A stretch of DNA of 64,000 nucleotides from Eledone cirrhosa (lineage: Eukaryota). The stretch spans positions 3,100,001 to 3,164,000 of the forward strand of contig OZ024743.1 of NCBI GenBank assembly GCA_964016885.1, written 5' to 3'. Below, in pieces: positions 1 to 13,282 of this stretch. Made by a program: the position numbers and the translations under genes. The notes beneath the pieces were generated by a model. It was not told where the DNA came from. It did not search any database and worked only from the letters and a program-made list of their open reading frames with translations. Each line of letters begins with the position of its first letter. Position 1 is the first letter of the stretch.

Positions 1-1924
1 ACTTAAATCAGCATAGCATGGTTCACACTGAAAAGAAATCACCATCATCATGAGCAGCAGCACTGTTTTAACATTCTTTCGTGTTATACTACAGTAACTG
101 GTATTATCACTTCATCCAAGTGATACTTCACAATCTATTAGCATTGAAGCAATGATCATGAAGACCATTCTCTGCTGGACTGGACACATAATCCACATAG
201 GTAAGTCCTGATTGCCAAGGATAGTGCTTTATGATGAACTAACTGGTTTCTCATCAATATAGTGGTCCTAAGAAGCATTGGAAAGACCAGTTGAAGTGCA
301 TGCTCACAGCCCGTGCAATTCCTGCTGAGGATTTTGAAGGACTCGCTGCATATCAGAAAAGGTAGAAGAGAGTTGTATATAATGGTGTGCAACAATTTGA
401 AGCTGAACACACAAGGCAATGGGATGTTCAAAAGGCAACCTGGCACCATTGTCAAATTTGGCCATTCAACAGTAACAATGTGGTTTTACATTCATGTCCA
501 GTTTGTTCCTTGGATCTGTCTTTCATATATTAGATGTACATCACAACTGTATGCTCATGAGAAGTATGGTTAAGATATCTGATCAAAAAAAGCAACATCA
601 TCTATGGACAGCCAGCAATAGCAGCATTGATACTCATCTTCATCTGTTATATTGTTGACAGTGGAATTTTATCATTCATCACATCCCATTTGATTAGCAT
701 CATCATAATGAAAGTGCCTTCTTCATACACTGGTTGATAACCAGCTTCTCTGTTAGTTCAATTTGTACTCAATCTTTTATGCAAGTTAGCATTAAGCATT
801 CAACATACTCTCCATATTTCTCTTCTACATTCAAGATTCCTGTCTCATTACTATACATCATACTCCTGTGCCTTAGTCATTAACAGGAACGCCAACTATT
901 TGATCTTCTCTCACCTCTTCCACAGCACTAATTAGATCACCTTGGTAACAATCTACAAACTACATCTAGCAAAGCATCTAAGACATACACCAACTGTTAG
1001 CTATTCCTTTACTTTTAAAGTGTTGCAGCGTTTGATAATAGTTCTACTTATTTAAAATGTCTTACAGGTGTGTGGGGCAAAGGCCTGTGAAATTTGTAAA
1101 AAGACATTTGAAAGGCGAAATAAACTGAATTATAGTAAAGGAGTACTTAATTACTGTACAATTTATAGTAAAGAATATTTCATGTAAGGAGTATAATATG
1201 GATTTAAACTTAAACTTATGCTGCTTTACAATTTGTGGATTTACAACCACCTTACAAGGTGAACTGGGTGCTTCTTGTAATGTCACCAGCACAACCATCA
1301 TTCAGGTTTAGATTAGGTGATTTATTTTTCTTTTGTCGCCAACATGACCATGCTAAACGGTGGACAGAGAGCCCCTTGTCACCAGCATGACCAGCTTACA
1401 GTCCACCCTGTAAGCTGGTGGCACCAGATCACCATACATGGTGGACTAACATGTAATTACTTTTTCTGGGAGAGGTGCATCTCTCCATTTTTTTAAGTAG
1501 GGTACGGTTCTTTGTATGCCTAACCACTGAGCAATGAGGTCACTGTTAACATAAAGCACAAATATCACTGCCTGCATTGTCGAATGCAAAGTGAAGAGAC
1601 AAATACAGACATACGTGTACACATATACATCAATCCACACACACACACTTCATCACCATATATATATAATGTGAGTGTGGAGATATAAGGCAAAAAGGGA
1701 CAATGATAGTAAACCAAAATTCCAGGCATGGAGGAAGAATTTGGAATCGAGGTATTGGTATGTTTTTGGAATTTCAAGTTGAAGGCAATGTGGGTTTTGG
1801 TATGGAGATGAAGGTTGTTAATCTTATCGAAAGACATCATGGGGCTATTTCTGACAAAAAAAATGTTGAGTTTTTAGCAGTCAAAAGTTAATGGTTTCTA
1901 ACATAGGCACAGGGGCAGTTTTTG

Positions 1925-2100
1925 GAGAGGGGAAATAAATTATATCGATTCTGGTACTTGACTGGTTCTTTATTTTATCGACCTAAGAAAGATGAAAGGC
2001 AAAGTTGGCTTTAGTGGATTTGAACTCAGAATGTAAAGGGCTTTAACTAAATACCACAAAGCATTTTGTCTGGCACTAATGATTCTGCCAATCCATCATC
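1925..2100 (-). mobile_element. tRNA-derived SINE, Meta-domain-like family
   Basis: Reverse complement of the GTTCAAATCC..CTTTGCCTTTCATC..GGTCGATAAAATAA motif that recurs many times in the window. Confidence 0.65.
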
Positions 2101-2450
2101 CTCTGCTATCTTGCTGGAAATTCTGAAATATGATACTACACATTCAAAGGAAAAGGAATCAACTCTCAAGAAGTTCAACGGTATATATACCACTGATGGA
2201 AACATTTGAAAACAATCTTATTTAGCCCATCATGTTGCTTAATTTCATTAAAAATGCAGTAAATTAGCAGAGTTGATAGAATCCTTTGCAGCATTAGTTC
2301 CGACTCTCTGCATTCTGAAATCATAAGCCACTGAGATTAATTTTACCCATCATCCTTTTGAGGTTGGTATTAAAGTGCAGTCCAATATTGGGTGAATTCT
2401 TCTTCCATATCTATTTCTCACTCCCCCTCCCTCTCTCTCTCCTTCTCTAG

Positions 2451-2601
2451 AAGAAATCAGCTGTGTTTAGACCTGGAGAGAGATTGGGCTCCACCAGGTT
2501 TTAAATGTCCAATACATGCCGTATGTCACTGCATTTCCCCAATGATTCCTTTGGGAGACACAGGTCCATATAATACAATACATGAAATAAAAAGTGAATA
2601 A
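2451..2601 (+). CDS. Possible terminal coding exon of an unidentified upstream gene (RNQLCLDLERDWAPPGFKCPIHAVCHCISPMIPLGDTGPYNTIHEIKSE*)
   Basis: Long polypyrimidine tract ending CTCTAG at 2450, open non-repetitive frame to TAA, AT-rich downstream sequence with AATAAA near 2705; family not recognised. Confidence 0.35.
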
Positions 2602-2819
2602 TGTCCCATAAAATAATAAAAAAAATTCAACTGAATATGATCTATAAAATTTAATATTTTTCACTTTAAAATATTCCAAAGGATTATCTGATCAGCTCTT
2701 AACTAATAAATTTGTTTTTGAGATTCATATTTCTTTCATTTTGATTTTGTATTTTAATGTGAAATATTTATGTAATTAAGTATTATATATATTTGTGTGC
2801 ATAATTTCATTCTGTAAAT

Positions 2820-3520
2820 ATTATGAAATCACTGCCAAATGCCATTGCTTAGATGCTTTTCCAGAGATCCAAGTTACTTGGCACACATGAGTCAGCCAGA
2901 GAATACTTTCTCTATTTAAGGCTTTTAACATCTCAAGCGGAATTTCATCCTCCACAGTGAACTTGCCACATTTGAACTCTTTAATTGCTCTTCTAACCTC
3001 AGCCTCTGAGAGATTAGTCATTGCTCCTAGATGCATCTTGTGTACATCAGAAGATACTGTATGACCAGTTTTAGGAGATCAGAAAAGTATTCTCTCCACC
3101 ATGCAAAGATACAGTTCTCAAAAGAAAAAAGAACCCCAGACACATTCCTGATAGTAGGTGTGGAGGAGGACTTTTATTATGAAGTCAATAGATGGTTTGC
3201 CAGAACACTTTATTTGCTGATCTGAAGTTGGATTCCAGCTTACTGCCAAAGACCTTCCATATGTTAATTTAGGACACCTTTACTGACTCTGCTGCGACTT
3301 TTTGTACCTGCTTGTACTGCAAATGTAAGAAGGACGTATTTCCAAGCCAAGCTTTAAAGGCCTACTTTGCTTTAATGGCATCTTTGACCTCTTGATTGAC
3401 CCAAGGGATCCTCCTATTACCCGGCACCACACCAAGTCACTTTTAACCACAGTCTTTAATAGCTGAAGGGAGACAAGAATGGTTACTCCAATTACAGAGG
3501 GATCTCCATGTTAAGCCTCC
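2820..3520 (-). mobile_element. Degenerate RTE-clade LINE fragment (region upstream of RT)
   Basis: EVRRAIKEFKCGK..EDEIPLEMLKAL..WLTHVCQVTW is typical RTE ORF2. Confidence 0.7.
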
Positions 3521-4430
3521 CTGGTAAAGTCTGCTAAGTGTCTGGCAAAGAGATGTAGGCAGATTGTCAAGTCCAAGGTAGCTGATGAACAGTGTTTTCG
3601 CCCTGGACACAGCACAGTTGACCAAATATTCACATTGTAGCAGGTGAATAGTTGCTTTGTAGACCTTGAAAAGGCATATGACTGCATTCCATGGAACATA
3701 CTGTGTAAGGATCTGCAGTTCTTGTTGCCCTGATGCCTCTATACGAACACACTAGTACTTTTGTTCGGATAGATGGTACTAAATCGAAACCATTCAATAT
3801 GGGAGTGAGACTCTGCCAAGGGTGCATACTGTCACATCTCCTGTTCATTATCTTCATGGATAGAATTGACATGAGCAGCCTGGTTAGAAGTAGTAGAAAC
3901 TAGCGAGTTAGGAGCAATCAGCTGGAATTTGCAAACGACAAGGTATTACTTGTCAGGTAATCTCCAAATTGCACTCCATAGGTTTGATGCCGAGTGCTGC
4001 ATGGCTGGAATGAAAATCAGTGCTGCGAAGACTGAGACACACACATTCTCTCAAGGAAGCCTACACAGTGCACTCTGCATGAGAGTGGAAAAGTTCAAGT
4101 ATCTCGGGGCTGTGTGTTCATGAGTGATAGAAGGCAGGAGGCTGAATGAAGTGCAAGAATTGCAGGAGATGGTGCAGTAATGCACCAGCTTCAGTATTTG
4201 GTAATTAGAAGAAGTGAAATATGTGTAAAAGCCAAACTAGCTAACTTCAATTTGGTATCCATGCTAACTCTTACTTACGGTCATGAATCACGCGTAACGA
4301 CTGAAAGAATATGATTGTGAATACAAGTGGCCAAAATGGGGCTCCTCCAAAGGGTTTTTGGAACAATGTTATTTGACTGCATAGCTCAGAGTCACTTCGG
4401 GTAGAGTCGCTACTTCAATGAATATTATGG
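3500..4430 (+). mobile_element. Degenerate RTE LINE RT fragment, inverted relative to the neighbouring piece
   Basis: CFVDLEKAYDCIPW, LCQGCILSHLLFIIFMD, VEKFKYLG, LTYGHES motifs with frameshifts. Confidence 0.75.
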
Positions 4431-4798
4431 GCATGTACCAGTAATGTAATGGGGTCAATTTAATCAGCTTTTCCTTTCCTTCAAATTTCTGGCCTTGTGC
4501 CAAAAATAGAATCAATTATTTTACCCTATGATTAAAAAAAAAGTTCCAAGCTAAAGAAAAATTTGGCTGCACAAAAATTGTTGATCATGAAAAAAGAAAA
4601 ATCATCTGACTAACAAATAGTAAAAAAAAAAAAAATTGGAGTTTTTAGCACATGGCTTGAAGAATATATGGCTGTTATTTCTAGCAGGTTAGCAACCACA
4701 TACAGGCTTTCTTCAGATTACTGATTAATTTTTGTTGATTTTTTATGTGTTATTTCTTAGTTTAGCCATGCGCTTAATGACTATCACTGTTTTCTTAA

Positions 4799-5003
4799 CC
4801 CTTTAGCATTTAAACCGGCTATATCCGGCCAGAATTCTCTCACTTCTTTCTGTTCAAACCAGCCATAACCAACCACTCATACTTATGTTAAGATATTGTT
4901 TACAAAATAAATATCAAAATCTTGTAGATTTGATATTATGTGAAAAATAGTTTTTACTGTGAAAATACAATAGTAAATATAGAGTAATGTAAATGCTAAA
5001 GGG
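4799..5003. mobile_element. piggyBac-type MITE
   Basis: TTAA-CCCTTTAGCATTTA ... TAAATGCTAAAGGG-TTAA: 14-bp TIRs with TTAA target duplication. Confidence 0.85.
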
Positions 5004-6879
5004 TTAAGTCTTGTTATATATTAAAAAATAAAACAAATATTGCTTCAAGAATTATAGCCTGTACTGGAGGATGAAAAAAGAAAATGAAAAGGAGAAAAAA
5101 AAAAAAAGGATCAAGCAATGAAAGAAAGGGAGTAGGGAAAGACAGTCACTACCCCACAGTCAAAACGGCAAAAGCATTACTATGGGGAATGGCTAGAGAC
5201 ACCTGCTGCAACAGCCACCTCATCTCATGGGCCACTGTCTTTCCGACTTTGCAGAGGAGACCAGTGTGGGAACCAAGAATCCCAGAGGTTTTGACGGAGA
5301 CTGGTGCAAAGATGAAGCGGTTATCAGGCCCCACTATTTGTCTTTATTACTGGTCATCTACAGCATGTGATTTATCCTCGATTGAACACTTTTCTAGATC
5401 ATATTCATCTCTAATCGAGCAAACCAATGATGAAAGACATTGTTAGCCAATGTTTATGTTACTACTTAAACATTATCACTGGCTCCTTCAGTGGAATGTT
5501 GTTATCTTCTATCTGATATATGTCACATAGATAGCTGCCATGTTGGTAATTTACTGATAAAGTCTACTGTTATCTGTGTTGTATGAAAAGAAACAAATGA
5601 ATGACTTCTTGCTTCATCATGAAATGAACATGCACCTGGCTGAGCATTCCACAGACACATGCACCCTTATTTTTTAGGGAATTTCAGCATGATACACTGT
5701 GTAGAAAGGCTGAATTACAGGTTTAGTCCACCTAAAAAGCTTTTAAACAGTTTTTCTATAGCTGGATGCCCTTTTTATCAACAACCATTTTACAGTGTGT
5801 ACTGGGTGAGTTTTATGTCACCAGTGCTAGAGAAGTTGTGACCTTGACACCTTGAGCGTTTTGGCAAGGTTTCTACAGCCTACTGCCCTTCTTAGCACCA
5901 ACCACCATACAGAGTGTACTGGGAATATTTTTTATATGTGATACCAGCACCAGTGAGATTGTTGTGTTGTAGCTGGAGCCACCTCACAACCATTTCTGGC
6001 ATGGTTTCTACAGTGATATTTCTGTTCTTCTCCTTAATTCATGAGCAATTTCAATAATTTGTTAATTAACCTCACAAAAATAAATAATCTTATTTTACAC
6101 AAGAAAAGAATAAAATAGAAAATATTCATATTTTACCTAAAAAATATTTCAGTATTTGATCTTAAAAAGAAAAAGTGAACAAAAATGTTGTTTCTTATTT
6201 ATATTTACTAATGTGAAAGTAAAATGAGATCTCTTTATTGGCAGGTTTCATAACACCAATTCATACTTCATTGAAACGCTAGTAGACATACTGTTTATGA
6301 GTGACCTAGATAAGTGTCACTATAGACATTAGAGCTGTGTTGATATAATTTTCACTGTAACTGGTAGGCACACACACCATCACCATTTTACGTGTTTTCC
6401 ATGTTTTCAAAGGTTAGCTGGTTTGTCACATTCTGAGACTATGAGAGGTCAGATCACTTAGTCTTGCTAACCTGTTCTATTTTGACATGGTTTCTGCAGC
6501 TGAATGTCCTTCTTAATGCCAATCACTTTACAGAGTACACTAGGAGAATTTCATTGTAGCAACCGCATTACCCTCTTACACAGTGCTGTGGGTGCATTTT
6601 ATCATGGGATTAGCACTGTCACTTTAAACAGTGTATTAGGTGTATTTTCTTCAGCACCAGCACTACTTCTTTACAATGTACTGGGTGAATTTTATCATGC
6701 CACTAGCACTAACATTTTACAGTGTACTGGATGTATTTTATGTCACCAGCATCACCACATTAAAGGTTGTACTGAGTGCATTTCATTCTATCACCAGCAC
6801 AACTACTTTAGAGTGTAATGGGCTTCCCACAGATTCTGTGTACCAAATTCACTCTCAAAGCATTGGTTGACCCACTACT

Positions 6880-7222
6880 CATCATTTTCATTCATTTCAT
6901 TTTACGTCCACTTTTCTCTGCTTGCAAGGGTGGGACGGGAACTGATTCTGGCTTGATCTCTACAGCTGGATGCCCTTCCTAACACCAACCTCATTTTACA
7001 GTGAGTGCTGGGTGCTTTTTTGCCGTGGCACCTCAACGACCACTTTACAGTGGAATGATAGGGACCGCGGTCCCTATCATCTCATTTCTACAGCTGAGTA
7101 AACTGGAGCAATGTGAAATAAAGTGTCTTGCTCAAGGAAACAACACATCACCCAGTCTGAGAATTGAACTCACAACCTTTCGATTGCAAGGCCAATGCTC
7201 TAACCACTAAGCCATGTGCCTC
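6880..7222 (-). mobile_element. tRNA/CORE-type SINE with RTE-derived tail
   Basis: Near mirror copy of 24185-24500; A/B-box head and CCTTGAGCAAGACACTT core. Confidence 0.8.
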
Positions 7223-7239
7223 CATACTGTATATATATA

Positions 7240-9145
7240 TTACAGAATGGGGTTGTTCCGAAGGACTGGCATAGCAGCATCATCATTAACTGTTACAAGG
7301 GTAAAGGAGATGCCCTAGATAGGTGTAACTATAGAGGCATTAAATTAATTGACCAGGTCATGAAGGTCACGGAAAAAGTAATAGCTCAACTAATCAGAGA
7401 GAGAATTGACCTAGATGAAATGCAGTTCAGGTTTGTGTCAGGCAAAAGTACCACAGACACTCTTTTCATTGTACGACAACTCCAGGAGAAGTACCTAGCT
7501 AAAAGTAAACCCCTATACTTAGCTTTTGTTGACTTGGAGAAACCCTTCGATAGAGTCCCCCGTTCCATTATCTGGTGGGCTCTTAGAAAACTAGGTGTTG
7601 ACGAATAGCTTGTGAGAGCTATACAAGCCATGTATAAAGAAACAGTCAGCAAGGTTAGAATTAACAACGAATATAGTGAAGAGTTTAGCGTAAAAGTTGG
7701 TGTCCATCAGGGCTCTGTTCTTAGCCCCCTACTATTTATTATTGCCCTTCAGGCTATAACAGAGGAGTTCAAGACCGGCTGCCCATGGGAACTCCTATAC
7801 GCAGATGATCTAACGCTCATAGCTGAATCAATGACCGAGCTAGAGAAGAAATTCCAAACATGGAAGCACAGCCTAGAATCAAAAGGCCTTAAAATTAACC
7901 TGGCTAAGACTAAAGTTCTAGTTTGTAGGAAAGAAAATAAGGCGGCGGTCCCTTCCGGGAAATGGCCATGCTCAGTGTGTAGGAAAGGCGTAGGTAGAAA
8001 CTCCATTTTATGTCCCAAATGCAAAGTATGAGTGCATAAAAGATGTAGTGGGATCACAGGTAAGCTAACTAAGAACATAGATTTTACATGTGGCCGGTGC
8101 TCTGGTGCAATAAGTAGCAGCAAGTGCCCACAAAATACTAGCTCTTCCAACTGCACAGAGGGTTCTATAGAAATAGTGGACAGCTTCCATTACCTGGGTG
8201 ACAAAATCAGCAGTGGGGGAGGGTGCTCTGAAAGTACAGTAGCTAGAGTCAGAACTGGATGGAAAAAGTTCAGAGAGCTTATACCACTATTAGCCGCTAA
8301 AGGGTTCTCCCTAAAAATGAAAGGCAGGTTGTACGATGCCTGCATACGAACAGCAATGTTGCATGGCAGTGAGACCTGGGCATTGTGTGCAGAGGATATA
8401 CGCAGACTAGAGAGAAACGAAGCTTGCATGCTCCGCTGGATGTGTAATAGTAATATACGTGAACGGCAAAGCATAAACGAACTAAGGAAAAAATTAGAAA
8501 TAAGAGGGATCAGATGTTGTTTACTCGAGAGAAGGCTACGTTGGTATGGACACGTGATGCGCATGAAGGACGATAGCTGTAAAGTGCAGGGCAATAAAGA
8601 TAGACGGTAGCCACGGAATAGGCAGACCCAGAAAAACCTGGGACGAGCTGATAAATTCCGACCTCACACACTTACACCTCACCAAGACAATGTCACTGGA
8701 CCGAGACCTTTGGCGGTACTCAGTAATAGAGAAGACCCGCCTTACCTAAATACAAAGTAAAACCTACTACAGTCAGTAGGCATCTCTAACAAAATACACC
8801 CCCGTCCCACCCATTCACCCCATCCACACCGCCCCTTTCAATGTAAAGTTATGTTGGTGCCACACCATCCAGGCCGAAACAAATGAGATCGTGTAGGTGT
8901 CACGTCAAAAAACACACAGTTCACGCTGTAATGTGACCGTGTAGGCAACACGGTAAAAACCTCCCAGCCCCACACTGTAAATGTGGTTGGTGTTAGGAAG
9001 GACATCCAGCTGTAGAAAACCTGCCAGATAGTCCTATGCGAGCAAGATAATCACTCTTGCCTCAAGTGGGAAAACCCCCGTCCAAACCCATGCAAGCGTG
9101 GAACACGGACGTTAAACGATGATGATGATGATGATGATGATGATG
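7240..9145 (+). mobile_element. 5'-truncated RTE LINE: RT, Cys/His (PHD-like) finger, 3' UTR and (GAT)n tail
   Basis: AFVDLEKPFDRVP, GVHQGSVLSPLLF, LLYADDL, CSVC..C..C..VHKRC; one frame broken by stops at 7606 and 8029. Confidence 0.95.
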
Positions 9146-9194
9146 CATATGTGTATCTGTGATGTATATGTGTATATATTTATATATATATTAG

Positions 9195-9855
9195 ATTAGA
9201 GAGAAACGAAGCCTGCATGCTCCGATGGATGTGTAATAGTAATATACGCGACCGACAAAGCATAAATAAATTGAGAGAGAGACTGAGCATAAGAGGAATC
9301 AAATGCTGTGTGCAGGAGAGGCGGTTGCGTTGGTATGGACATGTGATGCATATGAAGGATGAGAGCTGCATAAAAAGGTGCAGAGCACTAGAAGTTGATG
9401 GAAACCGCGGAGTGGGGAGACCCAAGATGACCTGGGATGAGGTGATAAAAGCCGACCTTACCCAATTACACCTCTCAAAGGCGATGACACACGACCGTGA
9501 ACTCTGGCGTCACGCAGTAATACAGAGTACCCAACCTCCCATGGGTACAAGCTGAAGCATATAGACAATATGCCCCCACCCCCCACTGCAAGGTGGTCGT
9601 GGAGGTGCCACGGCAAAAAAGCACCCAGCCCACACTGTAAAGTGGATGTGTAGGTGCCACGAAAAAGCACCCCGCACTCACTGTAAATGAGGTTGGTGTT
9701 AGGAAGGGCATCCAGCTGTAGAAATCAAGCCAAATCAGTTCCTGTATGAGCAAGGCATGGTCAGCCAACCAGACACTGCCCACAACAGGACAACCCGTCT
9801 AACCCATGCTAGCGTGGAAGAACAGACGTAAAACGGTGATGATGATGATGATGAT
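9195..9855 (+). mobile_element. 3' fragment of RTE LINE with tail
   Basis: ERRLRWYGHVMHM..GRPKMTW, then GGCATCCAGCTGTAGAAA module and (GAT)n. Confidence 0.9.
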
Positions 9856-10324
9856 AAAGCACCTAGCCCCATACTTACACCCCCCCCCCTCGCACACACA
9901 CAGACCAGTTTTAACACGATAGAGCATCTATCCCTCACATTCACGTATAGACATATCTTCTCACACTCACACACACTACTCTTTATCCACCTAACCTTCA
10001 CTCTTTGACATTAGAGATAGAACAGATTCCCTATACCATTTCCTGTCAGCATGACTTGGCAAGCTATTTAGAACGCTGGTTTAACAACTTTACTTCCCTC
10101 AGAAGAGATATTATCACGAAAATTAAGGGTATTTAAATAAATTTAAGGTAAAAGACTAATTGTCAACATTATTTTTGCATTTGCATTTATATTCTATATC
10201 CATACCTGCATTGTTTTGGCTTTACAAATACAAACGTTTATATATATATATATATACAAGTTAGTCATGTTGATGGCAAGACAGAAGGCACCCCACCTGC
10301 CTGTGGAGTGGTCGGGTTAGTAGT

Positions 10325-10600
10325 ACATGACAATAAACGCCCAGCCCATCCTGTAAAGTGGTTGTGACGGTGACACAAGAAAAGCACCCAACCCAACCTG
10401 TGAAGGGGTCGTGTTGGAGACATCATAAAAAGTGCCCAATCCACACAGTAAAGTGGTCATTATGGTGATGCGACAAAAGTGCCCAGTCCACACTATAAAG
10501 TGGTCATTTTGGTGCCACGACTAAAAGCACCCAGTCCACTCTGTAAAGTGATTTTGTAGGTGGCATTATAAAAAGAACACAGTCCACAATGTGTCATGAC
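10325..10600 (+). repeat. Tandem ~47-bp array of the RTE/SINE tail module (AAAAGCACCCAGYCCACACTGTAAAGTGGTCGT)
   Basis: About six diverged consecutive units. Confidence 0.7.
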
Positions 10601-11030
10601 AAAAAGCGTCTCCTGGCTCTGGTAAATATCCCCTCAGTTCTGGAGCTGGTTGGATTATCCAGAAGTAATAGGAAGAGACCAGACAGCCTTACCCTTTGTC
10701 CCTGGATAAGAGGTAGGTGTCTCTTCTGGGACGCCACAATCAGCGACTCCTTTGCTCAAGGATACCGTGGTAAATGTGGAGGTCACTGCTTCCGTTGCTG
10801 AACTGAATATAATTTGTAAATACCTGGATTTATCCAGTAATTATTTTTTCCAGCCTGTGTCCATTCGAGACGTTTGGTGGAGTTGGGCCGCTGACAGCAA
10901 AGTTGTTCTTATCCCTGGCGACTCACCTTATGAAGTGTCAGGTGATGCTCGTGAGTATGCCTGGTTGATTCAGCGCCTTAGCTTTGCCATCACCAGTGTG
11001 GATGTGTTGCAGATTGTCACCCTTGGTGGT
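10600..11030 (+). mobile_element. CRE-clade non-LTR element 3' fragment (restriction-like endonuclease)
   Basis: GLSRSNRKRPDSLTLCPW..G..LFWDATISD and WLIQRLSFAI motifs. Confidence 0.75.
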
Positions 11031-11134
11031 GAATTCCTCCCCCCTCCCCCTTTTCCTTCTTTTATCACTTTTGTTCATGAATTTATATTATTGCGTTATT
11101 ATACACGGTTTAGACATATTTGTCCTTCATTATA

Positions 11135-11790
11135 CGGTGTATTGGCAGTATCGGTAGAGGGTCAGACGCCATGCTTTGCAGCAAAGAGTTACGGCCCTTT
11201 ATGGTCTGAGTTCAAATCCCGTCGAGGTTAACTTTGCCTTTCATCCCTACGGGGTCGATAAAATAAAGTACCAGTAATACACTAGGATAATTGCTGGCCT
11301 TGTGCCAAAAGTAGAAACAATTATACAACCTTAATAAAATGAATATATTTGGAAGGTAACAATGAAAACAACGACACTTAACAAATAATTGTTTCTACTT
11401 TAGGCACAAGGCCAGCAATCACCCAGTGCATTACTGGTACTTTATTTTATCGACCCCGTAAGGATGAAAGGCAAAGTCAACCTCGGCGGGATTTGAACTC
11501 AGATCGTTAAGGAACGTAACTATGTTGGAAAGCATGGCGTCCGACCCTCTACCGATACTGCCAAACACATAATGCTCGGTTAGCATACTCATGAGAATTT
11601 CAAAACACACCATCTAAACATAATTGTTTCTACTTTAGGCACAAGGTGCATTACTGGTACTTTATTTTATCGACCCCGTAAGGATGAAAGGCAAAGTCAA
11701 CCTTGGTGGGATTTGAACTCAGATCGTAAAGGGACGTAACTATGCTGGAAAGCATGGCGTCCGACCTTCTACCGATACTGCCAATCCAAT
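11135..11790. mobile_element. Cluster of three Meta-domain-like tRNA SINEs (11135-11320 +, 11385-11545 -, 11620-11790 -)
   Basis: GAGTTCAAATCCCGTCGAGGTTAACTTTGCCTTTCATCC..GGGGTCGATAAAATAAAGTACCAG and two reverse copies. Confidence 0.8.
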
Positions 11791-12809
11791 AAACATAATG
11801 TGTTGATTAGTTGTCTCGGCTTATAAACGGGATTTGTTTTATTGCCCATTTCTCAGACACAAAATAAGGTCAACATATATTCGAGTATATACGGTACATA
11901 AATGTTCAGCATATATGTACAAATGACATACAAGCTTATATGTACAAATAAAGGACAAATGTACGATTAGAAGCCAAGATGTTATTGGAAAACAAAATTA
12001 TTGTAGCAACATGACTGAAATTTACATTGTGTATGTAAATTTCTAAGAATCACAGACTGAGTTATATATAAATATACAAACGCACCTAGCGTATTATAAG
12101 TTTCATTACGAATATTTACCGATGACGCATTCGTAGTAGCGAGTTTATCGGTGATTTTACTTTATTATAATACACCAACTCGTAAACATGTTTCAGTTTT
12201 GAAGACAGAATTGAATACAGGCAGACTTGAAGCCAAAGATACTAGAAACAAGCTTTTTCGAAATGAATGTCGGCATCTCATTAATCGGTAATTTTGATTT
12301 AGTTAATTTGTGTCTACAGTGTTTGCATGTTGATTTTTTTAAAGAAACTATTTTTAATTCAAGCATCATATTTAAACAGGTCTTCACTTCCCAGGTATGT
12401 ATTTTACATCCAGTTGGCAACACATAAAACATCTACAATAGTTTCTTATAAAGAAACCACAGCATTTCTTTACAAAAATAAAACAAAAAAGAAAATTTAT
12501 AAAGTAAGAAAGGATAAAAATTAAGAAACGATTTTAGTAACACATTGAAACAATCAGGAAGTAAAACGAAAATCAGACAAAACTAACTTGGTTTACGTTT
12601 TATATTCTCCTACGTGTATTTATTAATATTCGACGACTACATGTGTGTATGTATATAAGCTGCCACGTGTTTTTATATATATATAAACATTTTAAAGCTT
12701 GTTGAATTCCAACAGATTAAATATAATCTCTGCATATATATATATATATATATATATAATCACCACCATCATCATCATTTACGTCCGCTTCTCCCTATAT
12801 ATATATATA

Positions 12810-12843
12810 TGCTTGATTATAATGTTGATCATGTTATTCTTCA

Positions 12844-12879
<36 letters not shown>

Positions 12880-12913
12880 TGAAGAATAACATGATCAACA
12901 TTATAATAAAGCA
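12810..12913. repeat. Palindrome centred on a (TA)n tract
   Basis: TTATAATGTTGATCATGTTATTCTTCACTTTTA mirrored by TAAAAGTGAAGAATAACATGATCAACATTATAA. Confidence 0.85.
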
Positions 12914-13001
12914 GATTGTTTCTATGATAATCTAAACTATCCATCATAAGTGGTTTTCACAAACTCTTATTGGATAACCTTTAACGATATATTGTTACCC
13001 C

Positions 13002-13037
<36 letters not shown>

Positions 13038-13282
13038 TAGTTATGTAATAAACAACATAAGATAATTATTCCATTTACCAGTGGTTTCTTGAAGGCAGAT
13101 ATTTATATCTGTCTTCAGTCTTCAAAATGAATATATATATATATATGTGTGTGTAATTATAAATAAAATACTGGAGAGAACAACAATAATCATTTATGAA
13201 TACATATATTTTTAATAGCTGACAATTTGTTTCAAACACTAAATCCTTGATATGCAAAATCGGTATTAGTACGAGATAAATG

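Noticed and set aside
150-600. Possible DNA transposase remnant on minus (PWQSGLTYVDYV)
   Set aside because: Too degenerate to support by eye
1066-1310. Possible exon after TTACAG
   Set aside because: All three frames hit stops and no peptide was recognised
7606-8031. In-frame TAG/TGA as recoding or selenocysteine
   Set aside because: They replace conserved Trp codons in a decaying LINE; ordinary G-to-A nonsense mutations
10325-10600. Regularly spaced repeats as a CRISPR-like array
   Set aside because: Units are diverged tandem copies of the LINE/SINE tail module without unique spacers
12120-12160. Minus-strand ATGCGTCATCG|GTAAAT first exon splicing to 2641
   Set aside because: Phase fits, but the acceptor is weak and the + strand reading of 2451-2601 has better splice signals
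13075-13125. CTGAAGA..hairpin..GAAACCACTGGTA hammerhead-like motif on minus
   Set aside because: Seven extra bases between stem II and GAAA and no stem I; too weak to call, though possibly a rearranged remnant
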